Assembly: GCA_964016885.1 (NCBI GenBank)
Contig: CAXHJY010001222.1
Location: forward strand, 10,544 to 74,543
Direction of reading: 5' to 3'
Length of the DNA: 64,000 nucleotides
DNA from: Eledone cirrhosa
Taxonomy: Eukaryota
Shown piece after piece: positions 38,534 through 50,911 of this stretch. The notes under the pieces are model-generated. The model was not told the DNA's origin and searched no databases. It saw only the letters and a list, made by a program, of their open reading frames with translations. How positions within the stretch are numbered: position 1 is the stretch's first letter; each line of letters starts with the position of its first letter. The translations under genes were made by a program, and so were the position numbers.

Positions 38534-41500
38534 TAGTGGTAGTGTTGGTAAAGCCGTTGTTGTTGTTGGTGGTGGTGGTGGTGTTGGTTGTAGTGGTAGT
38601 GTTGGTAATGCTGTTGTTGTTGGTGGTGGTGTTGGTTGTAGTGGTAGTGTTGGTAATGCCGTTGTTGTTGGTGTTGGTGTTGGTGTTGGTTGTAGTGGTA
38701 GTATTTGTAATGCCGTTGTTGGTGTTGGTGGTGGTGTTGGTTGTAGTGGTAGTGTTGGTAATGCCGTTGTTGGTGGTGGTGTTGGTGTTGGTTGTAGTGG
38801 TAGTGTTGGTAATGCCGGTGTTGGTGGTGGTGGTGGTGTTGGTTGTAGTGGTAGTGTTGGTAATGCCTTTGTTCTTGGTGGTGGTGGTTGTAGTAGTAGT
38901 GTTGATAATGCCGTTGTTGTTGTTGGTGTTGGTGTTGGTGTTGGTGTTGGTTGTAGTGGTAGTGTTGGTAATGCCGTTGTTGTTGGTGTTGGTGTTGGTG
39001 TTGGTTGTAGTGGTAGTATTGGTAATGCCGTTGTTGGTGTTGGTGGTGGTGTTGGTTGTAGTGGTGGTGTTGGTGTTGGTTGTAGTGGTAGTGTTGGTAA
39101 TGCTGTTGTTGTTGTTGGTGGTAGTGTTGGTGTTGGTTGTAGTGGTAGTGTTGGTAATGCTGTTGTTGGTGTTGGTGTTGGTGTTGGTTGTAGTGGTAGT
39201 ATTGGTAATGCCGTTGTTGGTGTTGGTGGTGGTGTTGGTTGTAGTGGTAGTGTTGGTAATGCCGTTGTTGTTGGTGGTGTTGATGTTGGTTGTAGTGGTA
39301 GTGTTGGTAATGCCGTTGTTGGTGGTAGTGGTGTTGGTGTTGGTGTTGGTTGTAGTGGTAGTGTTGGTAATGCCGTTGTTGTTGGTGGTGTTGGTGTTGA
39401 TGTTGGTTGTAGTGGTAGTGTTGGTAATGCCGTTGTTGGGGGTGGTGTTGGTGTTGGTTGTAGTGGTAGTGTTGGTAATGCCGTTGTTGGTGGTGGTGTT
39501 GGTGTTGGTTGTAGTGGTAGTGTTGGTAATGCCGTTGCTGTTGTTGGTGGTGGTGTTGGTTGTAGTGGTAGTGTTGTTAATGCCGTTGTTGGTGTTGGTT
39601 GTAGTGGTAGTGTTGGTAATGCTGTTGTTGTTGGTGGTGGTGGTGTTGGTGTTGGTTGTAGTGGTAGTGTTGGTAATGCCGTTGCTGTTGTTGGTGGTGG
39701 TGTTGGTTGTAGTGGTAGTGTTGTTAATGCCGTTGTTGGTGTTGGTTGTAGTGGTAGTGTTGGTAATGCCGTTGTTGGTGTTGGTGGTGGTGTTGGTTGT
39801 AGTGGTGGTGTTGGTGTTGGTTGTAGTGGTAGTGTTGGTAATGCTGTTGTTGTTGTTGGTGGTAGTGTTGGTGTTGGTTGTAGTGGTAGTGTTGGTAATG
39901 CTGTTGTTGGTGTTGGTGTTGGTGTTGGTTGTAGTGGTAGTATTGGTAATGCCGTTGTTGGTGTTGGTGGTGGTGTTGGTTGTAGTGGTAGTGTTGGTAA
40001 TGCCGTTGTTGTTGGTGGTGTTGATGTTGGTTGTAGTGGTAGTGTTGGTAATGCCGTTGTTGGTGGTAGTGGTGTTGGTGTTGGTGTTGGTTGTAGTGGT
40101 AGTGTTGGTAATGCCGTTGTTGTTGGTGGTGTTGGTGTTGATGTTGGTTGTAGTGGTAGTGTTGGTAATGCCGTTGTTGGGGGTGGTGTTGGTGTTGGTT
40201 GTAGTGGTAGTGTTGGTAATGCCGTTGTTGGTGGTGGTGTTGGTGTTGGTTGTAGTGGTAGTGTTGGTAATGCCGTTGCTGTTGTTGGTGGTGGTGTTGG
40301 TTGTAGTGGTAGTGTTGTTAATGCCGTTGTTGGTGTTGGTTGTAGTGGTAGTGTTGGTAATGCTGTTGTTGTTGGTGGTGGTGGTGTTGGTGTTGGTTGT
40401 AGTGGTAGTGTTGGTAATGCCGTTGCTGTTGTTGGTGGTGGTGTTGGTTGTAGTGGTAGTGTTGTTAATGCCGTTGTTGGTGTTGGTTGTAGTGGTAGTG
40501 TTGGTAATGCCGTTGTTGTTGGTGTTGGTGTTGGTGTCGGTTGTAGTGGTAGTGTTGGTAATGCCGTTGTTGTTGTTGGTGGTGGTGTTGGTGTTGGTTG
40601 TAGTGGTAGTGTTGGTAATGCTGTTGTTGTTGGTGGTGGTGTTGGTGTTGGTTGTAGTGGTAGTGTTGGTAATGCCGTTGTTGTTGGTGTTGGTGTTGGT
40701 TGTAGTGGTAGTATTGGTAATGCCGTTGTTGGTGTTGGTGGTGGTGTTGGTTGTAGTGGTAGTGTTGGTAATGCCGTTGTTGTTGGTGGTGTTGGTGTTG
40801 GTTGTAGTGGTAGTATTGGTAATGCCGTTGTTGTTGGTGGTGTTGTTGTTGGTGTTGGTTGTAGTGGTAGTGTTGGTAATGCAGTTGTTGGTGGTGGTGT
40901 TGATGTTGGTGTTGGTTGTAGTGGTAGTGTTGGTAATGCCGTTGTTGGTGGTGGTGTTGGTGTTGGTGTTGGTTGTAGTGGTAGTGTTGGTAATGCCGTT
41001 GTTGGTGGTGGTGTTGGTGTTGGTTGTAGTGTAAGTGTTGGTAATGCCGTTGTTGTTGGTGGTGTTGTTGTTGGTGTTGGTTGTAGTGGTAGTGTTGGTA
41101 ATGCAGTTGTTGGTGGTGGTGTTGATGTTGGTGTTGGTTGTAGTGGTAGTGTTGGTAATGCCGTTGTTGGTGGTGGTGTTGGTGTTGGTGTTGGTTGTAG
41201 TGGTAGTGTTGGTAATGCCGGTGTTGGTGGTGGTGTTGGTGTTGGTTGTAGTGTAAGTGTTGGTAATGCCAGTGTTGGTGGTGGTGTTGGTGTTGGTGTT
41301 GGTTGTAGTGGTAGTGTTGGTAATGCCGGTGTTGGTGGTGGTGTTGGTGTTGGTGTTGGTTGTAGTGGTAGTGTTGGTAATGCTAGTGGTGGTGTTGGTG
41401 GTGGTGTTGGTTGTAGTGGTAGTGTTGGTAATGCCGTTGTTGTTGTTGTTGGTGGTGGTGGTGGTGTTGGTGTTGGTTGTAGTGGTAGTGTTGGTAATGC

Positions 41501-44500
41501 CGTTGTTGGTGCTGGTGTTGGTGTTGGTTGTAGTGGTAGTGTTGGTAATGCCGGTGTTGGTGGTGGTGTTGGTGTTGGTTGTAGTGGTAGTATTGGTAAT
41601 GCCGTTGTTGTTGGTGGTGTTGGTGTTGGTTGTAGTGGTAGTGTTGGTAATGCCGTTGTTGGTGGTGGTGTTGGTGTTGGTTGTAGCGGTAGTGTTGGTA
41701 ATGCCGTGTTGCTGTTGTTGTTGGTGTTGGTGTTGGTTGTAGTGGTAGTGTTGGTAATGCCGGTGTTGGTGGTGGTGGTGGTGTTGGTTGTAGTGGTAGT
41801 GTTGGTAATGCCGTTGTTGTTGGTGGTGGTGGTGTTGGTTGTAGTGGTAGTGTTGGTAATGCCTTTGTTGGTGGTGGTGGTGGTGTTGGTGTTGGTTGTA
41901 GTGGTAGTGTTGGTAATGCCGTTGTTGTTGTTGTTGATGGTGGTGGTGGTTGTAGTGGTAGTGTTGGTAATGCCGTTGATGGTGTTGGTGGTGGTGTTGG
42001 TGTTGGTTGTAGTGGTAGTGTTGGTAATGCCGTTGTTGTTGTTGTTGGTGTTGGTGTTGGTTGTAGTGGTAGTGTTGGTAATGCCGGTGTTGGTGGTGGT
42101 GGTGGTGTTGGTTGTAGCGGTAGTGTTGGTAATGCCGTTGTTGGTGTTGGTGGTGGTGTTGGTGTTGGTTGTAGTGGTAGTGTTGGTATTGCCGTTGTTG
42201 TTGGTGGTGGTGGTGGTGTTGGTGTTGGTTGTAGTGGTAGTGTTGGTAATGCCGCTGTTGGTGGTGGTGGTGGTGTTGGTGTTGGTTGTAGTGGTAGTGT
42301 TGGTAATGCTGTTGTTGTTGGTGGTGGTGGTGTTGGTGTTGGTTGTAGTGGTAGTGTTGGTATTGCCGTTGTTGTTGGTGGTGGTGGTGGTGTTGGTGTT
42401 GGTTGTAGTGGTAGTGTTGGTAATGCTGTTGTTGTTGGTGGTGTTGGTGTTGGTTGTAGTGGTAGTGTTGGTAATGCCGCTGTTGTTGGTGGTGTTGGTG
42501 TTGGTTGTAGTGGTAGTGTTGGTAATGCCGCTGTTGGTGGTGGTGTTGGTGTTGGTTGTAGTGGTAGTGTTGGTTATGCCGCTGTTGGTGGTGGTGTTGG
42601 TGTTGGTTGTAGTGGTAGTGTTGGTAATGCCGTTGTTGTTGTTGTTGGTGTTGGTGTTGGTGTTGGTTGTAGTGGTAGTGTTGGTAATGCCGCTGTTGGT
42701 GTTGGTGGTGGTGTTGGTGTTGGTTGTAGTGGTAGTGTTGGTAATGCCGTTGTTGGTGGTGGTGTTGGTGTTGGTTGTAGCGGTAGTGTTGGTAATGCCG
42801 TTGTTGGTGGTGGTGTTGGTGTTGGTGTTGGTTGTAGTGGTAGTGTTGGTAATGCCGTTGTTGGTGTTGGTGGTGGTGTTGGTGTTGGTTGTAGTGGTAG
42901 TATTGGTAATGCCGTTGTTGGTGTTGGTGGTGTGTTGGTTGTAGTGGTAGTGTTGGTAATGCCGCTGTTGGTGGTGGTATTGGTGTTGGTTGTAGTGGTA
43001 GTGTTGGTAATGCCGTTGTTCTTGGTGGTGGTGGTGGTGGTGGTTGTAGTAGTAGTGTTGGTAATGCCGTTGTTGTTGTTGGTGTTGGTGTTGTTTGTAG
43101 TGGTAGTATTGGTAATGCCGTTGTTTGTGTTTTTGTTGGTGTTGGTTGTAGTGGTAGTGTTGGTAATGCCGTTGTTGTTGTTGGTGTTGGTGGTGTTGGT
43201 GGTGTTGGTTGTAGTGGTAGTGTTGGTAATGCCGTTGTTGGTGGTGGTGTTGGTGTTGGTGTTGGTTGTAGTGGTAGTGTTGGTAATGCCGTTGTTGTTG
43301 TTGGTGTTGGTGGTGTTGGTGGTGTTGGTTGTAGTGGTAGTGTTGGTAATGCCGTTGTTGTTGTTGTTGGTGGTGTTGGTTGTAGTGGTAGTGTTGGTAA
43401 TGCCGTTGTTGGTGGTGGTGTTGGTGTTGGTGTTGGTTGTAGTGGTAGTGTTGGTAATGCCGTTGTTGTTGTTGGTGTTGGTGGTGTTGGTGGTGTTGGT
43501 TGTAGTGGTAGTGTTGGTAATGCCGTTGTTGTTGTTGGTGTTGGTGGTGTTGGTGGTGTTGGTTGTAGTGGTAGTGTTGGTAATGCCGTTGTTGGTGGTG
43601 GTGTTGGTGTTGGTGTTGGTTGTAGTGGTAGTGTTGGTAATGCCGGTGTTGGTGGTGGTGTTGGTGGTGGTGTTGGTTGTAGTGGTAGTGTTGGTAATGC
43701 CGGTGTTGGTGGTGGTGTTGGTGTTTGTTGTAGTGGTAGTGTTGGTAATGCCGTTGTTGCTGTTGTTGTTGGTGTTGGTGTTGGTTGTAGTGGTAGTGTT
43801 GGTAATGCCGGTGTTGGTGGTGGTGGTGGTGTTGGTTGTAGTGGTAGTGTTGGTAATGCCGTTGTTGGTGTTGGTGGTGGTGTTGGTGTTGGTTGTAGTG
43901 GTAGTGTTGGTAATGCTGTTGTTGTTGGTGGTGGTGGTGTTGGTGTTGGTTGTAGTGGTAGTGTTGGTAATGCCGTTGTTGGTGGTGGTGTTGGTGTTGG
44001 TTGTAGTGGTAGTATTGGTAATGCCGTTGTTGTTGGTGGTGGTGGTGGTGTTGGTTGTAGTGGTAGTGTTGGTAATGCCGCTGTTAGTGGTGGTGGTGGT
44101 GTTGGTTGTAGTGGTTGTGTTGGTAATGCCGTTGTTGGTGTTGGTGGTGTTGGTGTTGGTGTTTGTTGTAGTGGTAGTGTTGGTAATGCCGTTGTTGGTG
44201 GTGGTGTTGGTGTTGGTTGTAGTGGTAGTGTTGGTAATGCCGTTGTTGTTGGTGGTGGTGGAGGTGGTGTTGGTTGTAGTGGTAGTGTTGGTAATGCCGT
44301 TGTTGGTGTTGGTGTTGGCGTTGGTTGTAGTGGTAGTGTTGGTAATGCCGGTGTTGGTGGTGGTGTTGGTGTTGGTTGTAGTGTTAGTGTTGGTAATGCC
44401 GTTGTTGGTGGTGGTGGTTGTGTTGGTGTTGGTTGTAGTGGTAGTGTTGGTAATGCCGTTGTTGGTGGTGGTGGTGTTGGTGTTGGTGTTTGTTGTAGTG

Positions 44501-45694
44501 GTAGTGTTGGTAATGCCGTTGTTGGTGGTGGTGTTGGTGTTGGTTGTAGTGGTAGTGTTGGTAATGCCGTTGTTGGTGGTGGTGGTGTTTGTTGTAGTGG
44601 TAGTGTTGGTAATGCCGTTGTTGGTGGTGGTGGTGTTGGTGGTGTTGGTTGTAGTGGTAGTGTTGGTAATGCCGTTGTTGGTGGTGGTGGTGTTGGTGTT
44701 GGTTGTAGTGGTAGTGTTGGTAATGCCGTTGTTGGTGGTGGTGTTGGTGTTGGTTGTAGTGGTAGTGTTGGTAATGCCGTTGTTGGTGGTGGTGGTGTTT
44801 GTTGTAGTGGTAGTGTTGGTAATGCCGTTGTTGGTGGTGGTGGTGTTGGTGGTGTTGGTTGTAGTGGTAGTGTTGGTAATGCCGTTGTTGGTGGTGTTGG
44901 TGTTGGTGTTGGTTGTAGTGGTAGTGTTGGTAATGCCCTTGTTGGTGGTGGTGGTGTTGGTGTTGGTTGTAGTGGTAGTGTTGGTAATGCCGTTGTTGGT
45001 GGTGGTGTTGGTGTTGGTTGTAGTGGTAGTGTTGGTAATGCCGTTGTTGTTGGTGGTGGTGGTGTTGGTGTTGGTTGTAGTGGTAGTGTTGGTAATGCCG
45101 GTGTTGTTGTTGGTGTTGGTGTTGGTTGTAGTGGTAGTGTTGGTAATGCCGTTGTTGTTGGTTGTGGTTGTGTTGGTGTTGGTTGTAGTGGTAGTGTTGG
45201 TAATGCTGTTGTTGGTGGTGGTGGTGGTGTTGGTTGTAGTGGTAGTGTTGGTAATGCCGTTGTTGGTGGTGGTGTTGGTGTTGGTTGTAGTGTTAGTGTT
45301 GGTAATGCCGTTGTTGTTGTTGTTGTTGGAGGTGGTGTTGGTTGCAGTGGTAGTGTTGGTAATGCCGTTGTTGTTGGTGGTGTTGGTGTTGGTTGTAGTG
45401 TTAGTGTTGGTAATGCCGTTGTTGTTGGTGGTGTTGGTGTTGGTTGTAGTGGTAGTGTTATTAATGCCGTTGTTGGTGTTGGTGGTGGTGTTGGTGTTGG
45501 TGTTGGTTGTAGTGGTAGTGTTGGTAATGCCGTTGTTGGTGGTGGTGTTGGTGTTGGTTGTAGTGGTAGTGTTGGTAATGCCGTTGTTGTTGTTGGTGGT
45601 GGTGTTGGTGTTGGTTGTAGTGGTAGTGTTGGTAATGCCGTTGTTGTTGTTGGTGGTGGTGTTGGTTGTAGTGGTAGTGTTGGTAATGCCGTTG

Positions 45695-45728
<34 letters not shown>

Positions 45729-47341
45729 TAGTGGTAGTGTTGGTAATGCCGTTGTTGTTGTTGGTGTTGGTGGTGTTGGTGGTGTTGGTTATAGTGGTAG
45801 TGTTGGTAATGCCGTTGTTGGTGGTGGTGTTGGTGTTGGTGTTGGTTGTAATGGTAGTGTTGGTAATGCCGGTGTTGGTGGTGGTGGTGGTGTTGGTTGT
45901 AGTGGTAGTGTTGGTAATGCCGTTGTTGGTGTTGGTGGTGGTGTTGGTGTTGGTTGTAGTGGTAGTGTTGGTAATGCTGTTGTTGTTGGTGGTGGTGGTG
46001 GTGTTGGTTGTAGTGGTTGTGTTGGTAATGCCGTTGTTGGTGTTGGTGGTGGTGTTGGTGTTGGTTGTAGTGGTAGTGTTGGTAATGCCGTTGTTGGTGG
46101 TGTTGGTGTTGGTGTTGGTTGTAGTGGTAGTGTTGGTAATGCCGTTGTTGGTGGTGTTGGTGTTGGTGTTGGTTGTAGTGGTAGTGTTGGTAATGCCGTT
46201 GTTGTTGTTGTTGGTGTTGGTGTTGGTTGTAGTGGTAGTGTTGGTAATGCCGTTGTTGGTGGTGTTGGTGTTGGTGTTGGTTGTAGTGGTAGTGTTGGTA
46301 ATGCCGTTGTTGGTGGTGTTGGTGTTGGTTGTAGTGGTAGTGTTGGTAATGCCGTTGTTGGTGGTGTTGGTGTTGGTGTTGGTTGTAGTGGTAGTGTTGG
46401 TAATGCCCTTGTTGGTGGTGGTGGTGTTGGTGTTGGTTGTAGTGGTAGTGTTGGTAATGCCGTTGTTGGTGGTGGTGTTGGTGTTGGTTGTAGTGGTAGT
46501 GTTGGTAATGCCGTTGTTGTTGGTGGTGGTGGTGTTGGTGTTGGTTGTAGTGGTAGTGTTGGTAATGCCGTTGTTGGTGGTGGTGTTGGTGTTGGTTGTA
46601 GTGGTAGTGTTGGTAATGCCGTTGTTGGTGGTGGTGTTGGTGTTGGTTGTAGTGGTAGTGTTGGTAATGCCGTTGTTGTTGGTTGTGGTTGTGTTGGTGT
46701 TGGTTGTAGTGGTAGTGTTGGTAATGCCGTTGTTGTTGGTGGTGGTGGTGTTGGTTGTAGTGGTAGTGTTGGTAATGCCGTTGTTGTTGTTGTTGTTGGA
46801 GGTGGTGTTGGTTGCAGTGGTAGTGTTGGTAATGCCGTTGTTGGTGGTGGTGTTGGTGTTGGTTGTAGTGGTAGTGTTGGTAATGCCGTTATTGTTGTTG
46901 TTGTTGTTGTTGGTGTTGATGTTGGTTGTAGTGGTAGTGTTGGTAATGCCGTTGTTGTTGTTGTTGTTGGAGGTGGTGTTGGTTGCAGTGGTAGTGTTGG
47001 TAATGCCGTTGTTGGTGGTGGTGTTGGTGTTGGTTGTAGTGGTAGTGTTGGTAATGCCGTTATTGTTGTTGTTGTTGTTGTTGGTGTTGATGTTGGTTGT
47101 AGTGGTAGTGTTGGTAATGCCGTTGTTGTTGTTGTTGTTGGAGGTGGTGTTGGTTGCAGTGGTAGTGTTGGTAATGCCGTTGTTGGGGGTGGTGTTGGTG
47201 TTGGTTGTAGTGGTAGTGTTATTAATGCCGTTGTTGGTGTTGGTGGTGGTGTTGGTGTTGGTTGTAGTGGTAGTGTTGGTAATGCCGTTGTTGGTGGTGG
47301 TGTTGGTGTTGGTTGTAGTGGTAGTGTTGGTAATGCCGTTG

Positions 47342-47375
<34 letters not shown>

Positions 47376-50300
47376 TAGTGGTAGTGTTGGTAATGCCGTT
47401 GTTGTTGTTGGTGGTGGTGTTGGTGTTGGTTGTAGTGGTAGTGTTGGTAATGCCGTTGTTGTTGTTGGTGTTGGTTGTAGTGGTAGTGTTGGTAATGCCG
47501 TTGTTGTTGGTTTTGGTGTTGGTGTTGGTTGTAGTGGTAGTATTGGTAATGCCGTTGTTGGTGTTGGTGGTGTTTTGGTTGTAGTGGTAGTGTTGGTAAT
47601 GCCGTTGTTGGTGGTGGTGTTGGTGTTGGTTGTAGTAGTAGTGTTGGTAATGCCGTTGTTTGTGTTGTTGTTGGTGTTGGTTGTAGTGGTAGTGTTGGTA
47701 ATGCCGTTGTTGTTGTTGGTGGTGGTGTTGGTTGTAGTGGTAGTGTTGGTAATGCCGTTGTTGTTGTTGGTGGTGGTGTTGGTTGTAGTGGTAGTGTTGG
47801 TAATGCCGGTGTTGGTGGTGGTGTTGGTGTTGGTTGTAGTGGTAGTGTTGGTAATGCCGTTGTTGTTGTTGGTGGTGGTGTTGGTGTTGGTTGTAGTGGT
47901 AGTGTTGGTAATGCTGTTGTTGTTGGTGGTGGTGGTGTTGGTAGTGGTGGTTGTAGTGGTAGTGTTGGTAATGCCGTTGTTGGTGTTGGTGTTGGTGTTG
48001 GTTGTAGTGGTAGTATTGGTAATGCCGTTTTGTTGTTGGTGGTGGTGTTGGTGTTGGTTGTAGTGGTAGTGTTGGTAATGCCGTTGTTGTTGTTGGTGGT
48101 GGTGTTGGTGTTGGTTGTAGTGGTAGTGTTGGTAATGCTGTTGTTGTTGGTGGTGGTGGTGTTGGTAGTGGTGGTTGTAGTGGTAGTGTTGGTAATGCCG
48201 TTGTTGGTGTTGGTGTTGGTGTTGGTTGTAGTGGTAGTATTGGTAATGCCGTTTTGTTGTTGGTGGTGGTGGTGTTGGTGGTAGTGGTAGTGTTGGTAAT
48301 GCTGTTGTTGTTGTGGTGGTGGTGTTGGTGTTGGTTGTAGTGGTAGTGTTGGTAATGCCGTTGTTGTTGGTGGTGTTGGTGTTGGTGTTGGTTGTAGTGG
48401 TAGTGTTGGTAATGCCGTTGTTGGTGTTGGTGTTGGTGTTGGTGTTGGTTGTAGTGGTAGTATTGGTAATGCTGTTGTTGGTGTTGGTGTTGGTTGTAGT
48501 GGTAGTGTTGGTAATGCCGTTGTTGGTGTTGGTGTTGGTGTTGGTGTTTGTTGTAGTGGTAGTATTGGTAATGCTGTTGTTGGTGTTGGTGTTGGTTGTA
48601 GTGGTAGTGTTGGTAATGCCGTTGTTGGTGGTGGTGGTGTTGTTGGTGTTGGTTGTAGTGGTAGTATTGGTAATGCCGTTGTTGTTGTTGGTGTTGGTTG
48701 TAGTGGTAGTGTTGGTAATGCCGTTGTTGTTGGTGGTGTTGGTGTTGGTTGTAGTGGTAGTGTTGGTAATGCCGTTGTTGGTGTTGGTGTTGGTGTTGGT
48801 TGTAGTGGTAGTATTGGTAATGCCGTTGTTGGTGTTGGTGTTGGTGTTGGTTGTAGTGGTAGTGTTGGTAAAGCCGTTGTTGGTGGTGGTGGTGGTGTTG
48901 ATGTTGGTTGTAGTGGTAGTGTTGGTAATGCCGTTGTTGGGGGTGGTGTTGGTGTTGGTTGTAGTGGCAGTGTTGGTAATGCCGTTGTTGTTGTTGGTGG
49001 TGGTGGTGGTTGTAGTGGTAGTGCTGTTAATGCCGTTGTTTGTGGCGGTGGTGGTGTTGGTTGTAGTGGTACTGTTGGTAATGCCGTTGTTGTTGTTGTT
49101 GGTGTTGGTGTTGGTTGTAGTGGTAGTGTTGGTAATGCCGGTGTTGGTGGTGGTGGTGGTGTTGGTGTTGGTTGTAGTGGTAGTGTTGGTAATGCCGTTG
49201 TTGTTGGTGGTGTTGGTGTTGGTTGTAGTGGTAGTGTTGGTAATGCCGTTGTTGGTGATGTTGGTGTTGGTGTTGGTTGTAGTGGTAGTGTTGGTAATGC
49301 CGTTGTTGTTGGTGGTGTTGGTGTTGGTTGTAGTGGTAGTGTTGGTAATGCCGTTGTTGGTGTTGGTGTTGGTGTTGGTTGTAGTGGTAGTATTGGTAAT
49401 GCCGTTGTTGGTGTTGGTGTTGGTGTTGGTTGTAGTGGTAGTGTTGGTAAAGCCGTTGTTGGTGGTGGTGGTGGTGTTGATGTTGGTTGTAGTGGTAGTG
49501 TTGGTAATGCCGTTGTTGGGGGTGGTGTTGGTGTTGGTTGTAGTGGCAGTGTTGGTAATGCCGTTGTTGTTGTTGGTGGTGGTGGTGGTTGTAGTGGTAG
49601 TGCTGTTAATGCCGTTGTTTGTGGCGGTGGTGGTGTTGGTTGTAGTGGTACTGTTGGTAATGCCGTTGTTGTTGTTGTTGGTGTTGGTGTTGGTTGTAGT
49701 GGTAGTGTTGGTAATGCCGGTGTTGGTGGTGGTGGTGGTGTTGGTGTTGGTTGTAGTGGTAGTGTTGGTAATGCCGTTGTTGTTGGTGGTGTTGGTGTTG
49801 GTTGTAGTGGTAGTGTTGGTAATGCCGTTGTTGGTGATGTTGGTGTTGGTGTTGGTTGTAGTGGTAGTGTTGGTAATGCCGGTGTTGGTGGTGGTGGTGG
49901 TGTTGGTGTTGGTTGTAGTGGTAGTGTTGGTAATGCCGTTGTTGTTGGTGGTGTTGGTGTTGGTTGTAGTGGTACTGTTGGTAATGCCGTTGTTGGTGAT
50001 GTTGGTGTTGGTGTTGGTTGTAGTGGTAGTGTTGGTAATGCCGTTGTTGTTGGTGGTGTTGGTGTTGGTTGTAGTGGTAGTGTTGGTAATGCCGTTGTTG
50101 GTGATGTTGGTGTTGGTGTTGGTTGTAGTGGTAGTGTTGGTAATGCCGTTGTTGGTGGTGGTGGTGGTGTTGGTGTTGGTTTTAGTGTTGGTAATGCCGT
50201 TGTTGGTGGTGGTGGTGTTGGTGGTGTTGGTTGTAGTGGTGGTAATGCCGTTGTTGGTGGTGTTGGTGTTGGTTGTAGTGGTAGTGTTGGTAATGCCGTT

Positions 50301-50639
50301 GTTGTTGGTGGTGGTGGTGTTGGTGTTGGTTGTAGTGGTAGTGTTGGTAATGCCGTTGTTGGTGGTGTTGGTGTTGGTTGTAGTGGTAGTGTTGGTAATG
50401 CCGTTGTTGTTGTTGGTGGTGGTGGTGGTTGTAGTGGTAGTGTTGTTAATGCCGTTGATGGTGGTGGTGTTGGTGGTGGTGTTGGTGTTGGTTGTAGTGG
50501 TAGTGTTGGTAATGCCGTTGTTGGTGGTGGTGTTGGTGTTGGTGTTGGTTGAAGTGGTAGTGTTGTTAATGCCGTTGATGGTGTTGGTGGTGTTGGTGGT
50601 GGTGTTGTTGTTGGTTGTAGTGGCAGTGTTGGTAATGCC

Positions 50640-50671
<32 letters not shown>

Positions 50672-50879
50672 TAGTGGTAGTGTTGTTAATGCCGTTGATG
50701 GTGGTGGTGTTGGTGGTGGTGTTGGTGTTGGTTGTAGTGGTAGTGTTGGTAATGCCGTTGTTGGTGGTGGTGTTGGTGTTGGTGTTGGTTGAAGTGGTAG
50801 TGTTGTTAATGCCGTTGATGGTGTTGGTGGTGTTGGTGGTGGTGTTGTTGTTGGTTGTAGTGGCAGTGTTGGTAATGCC

Positions 50880-50911
<32 letters not shown>
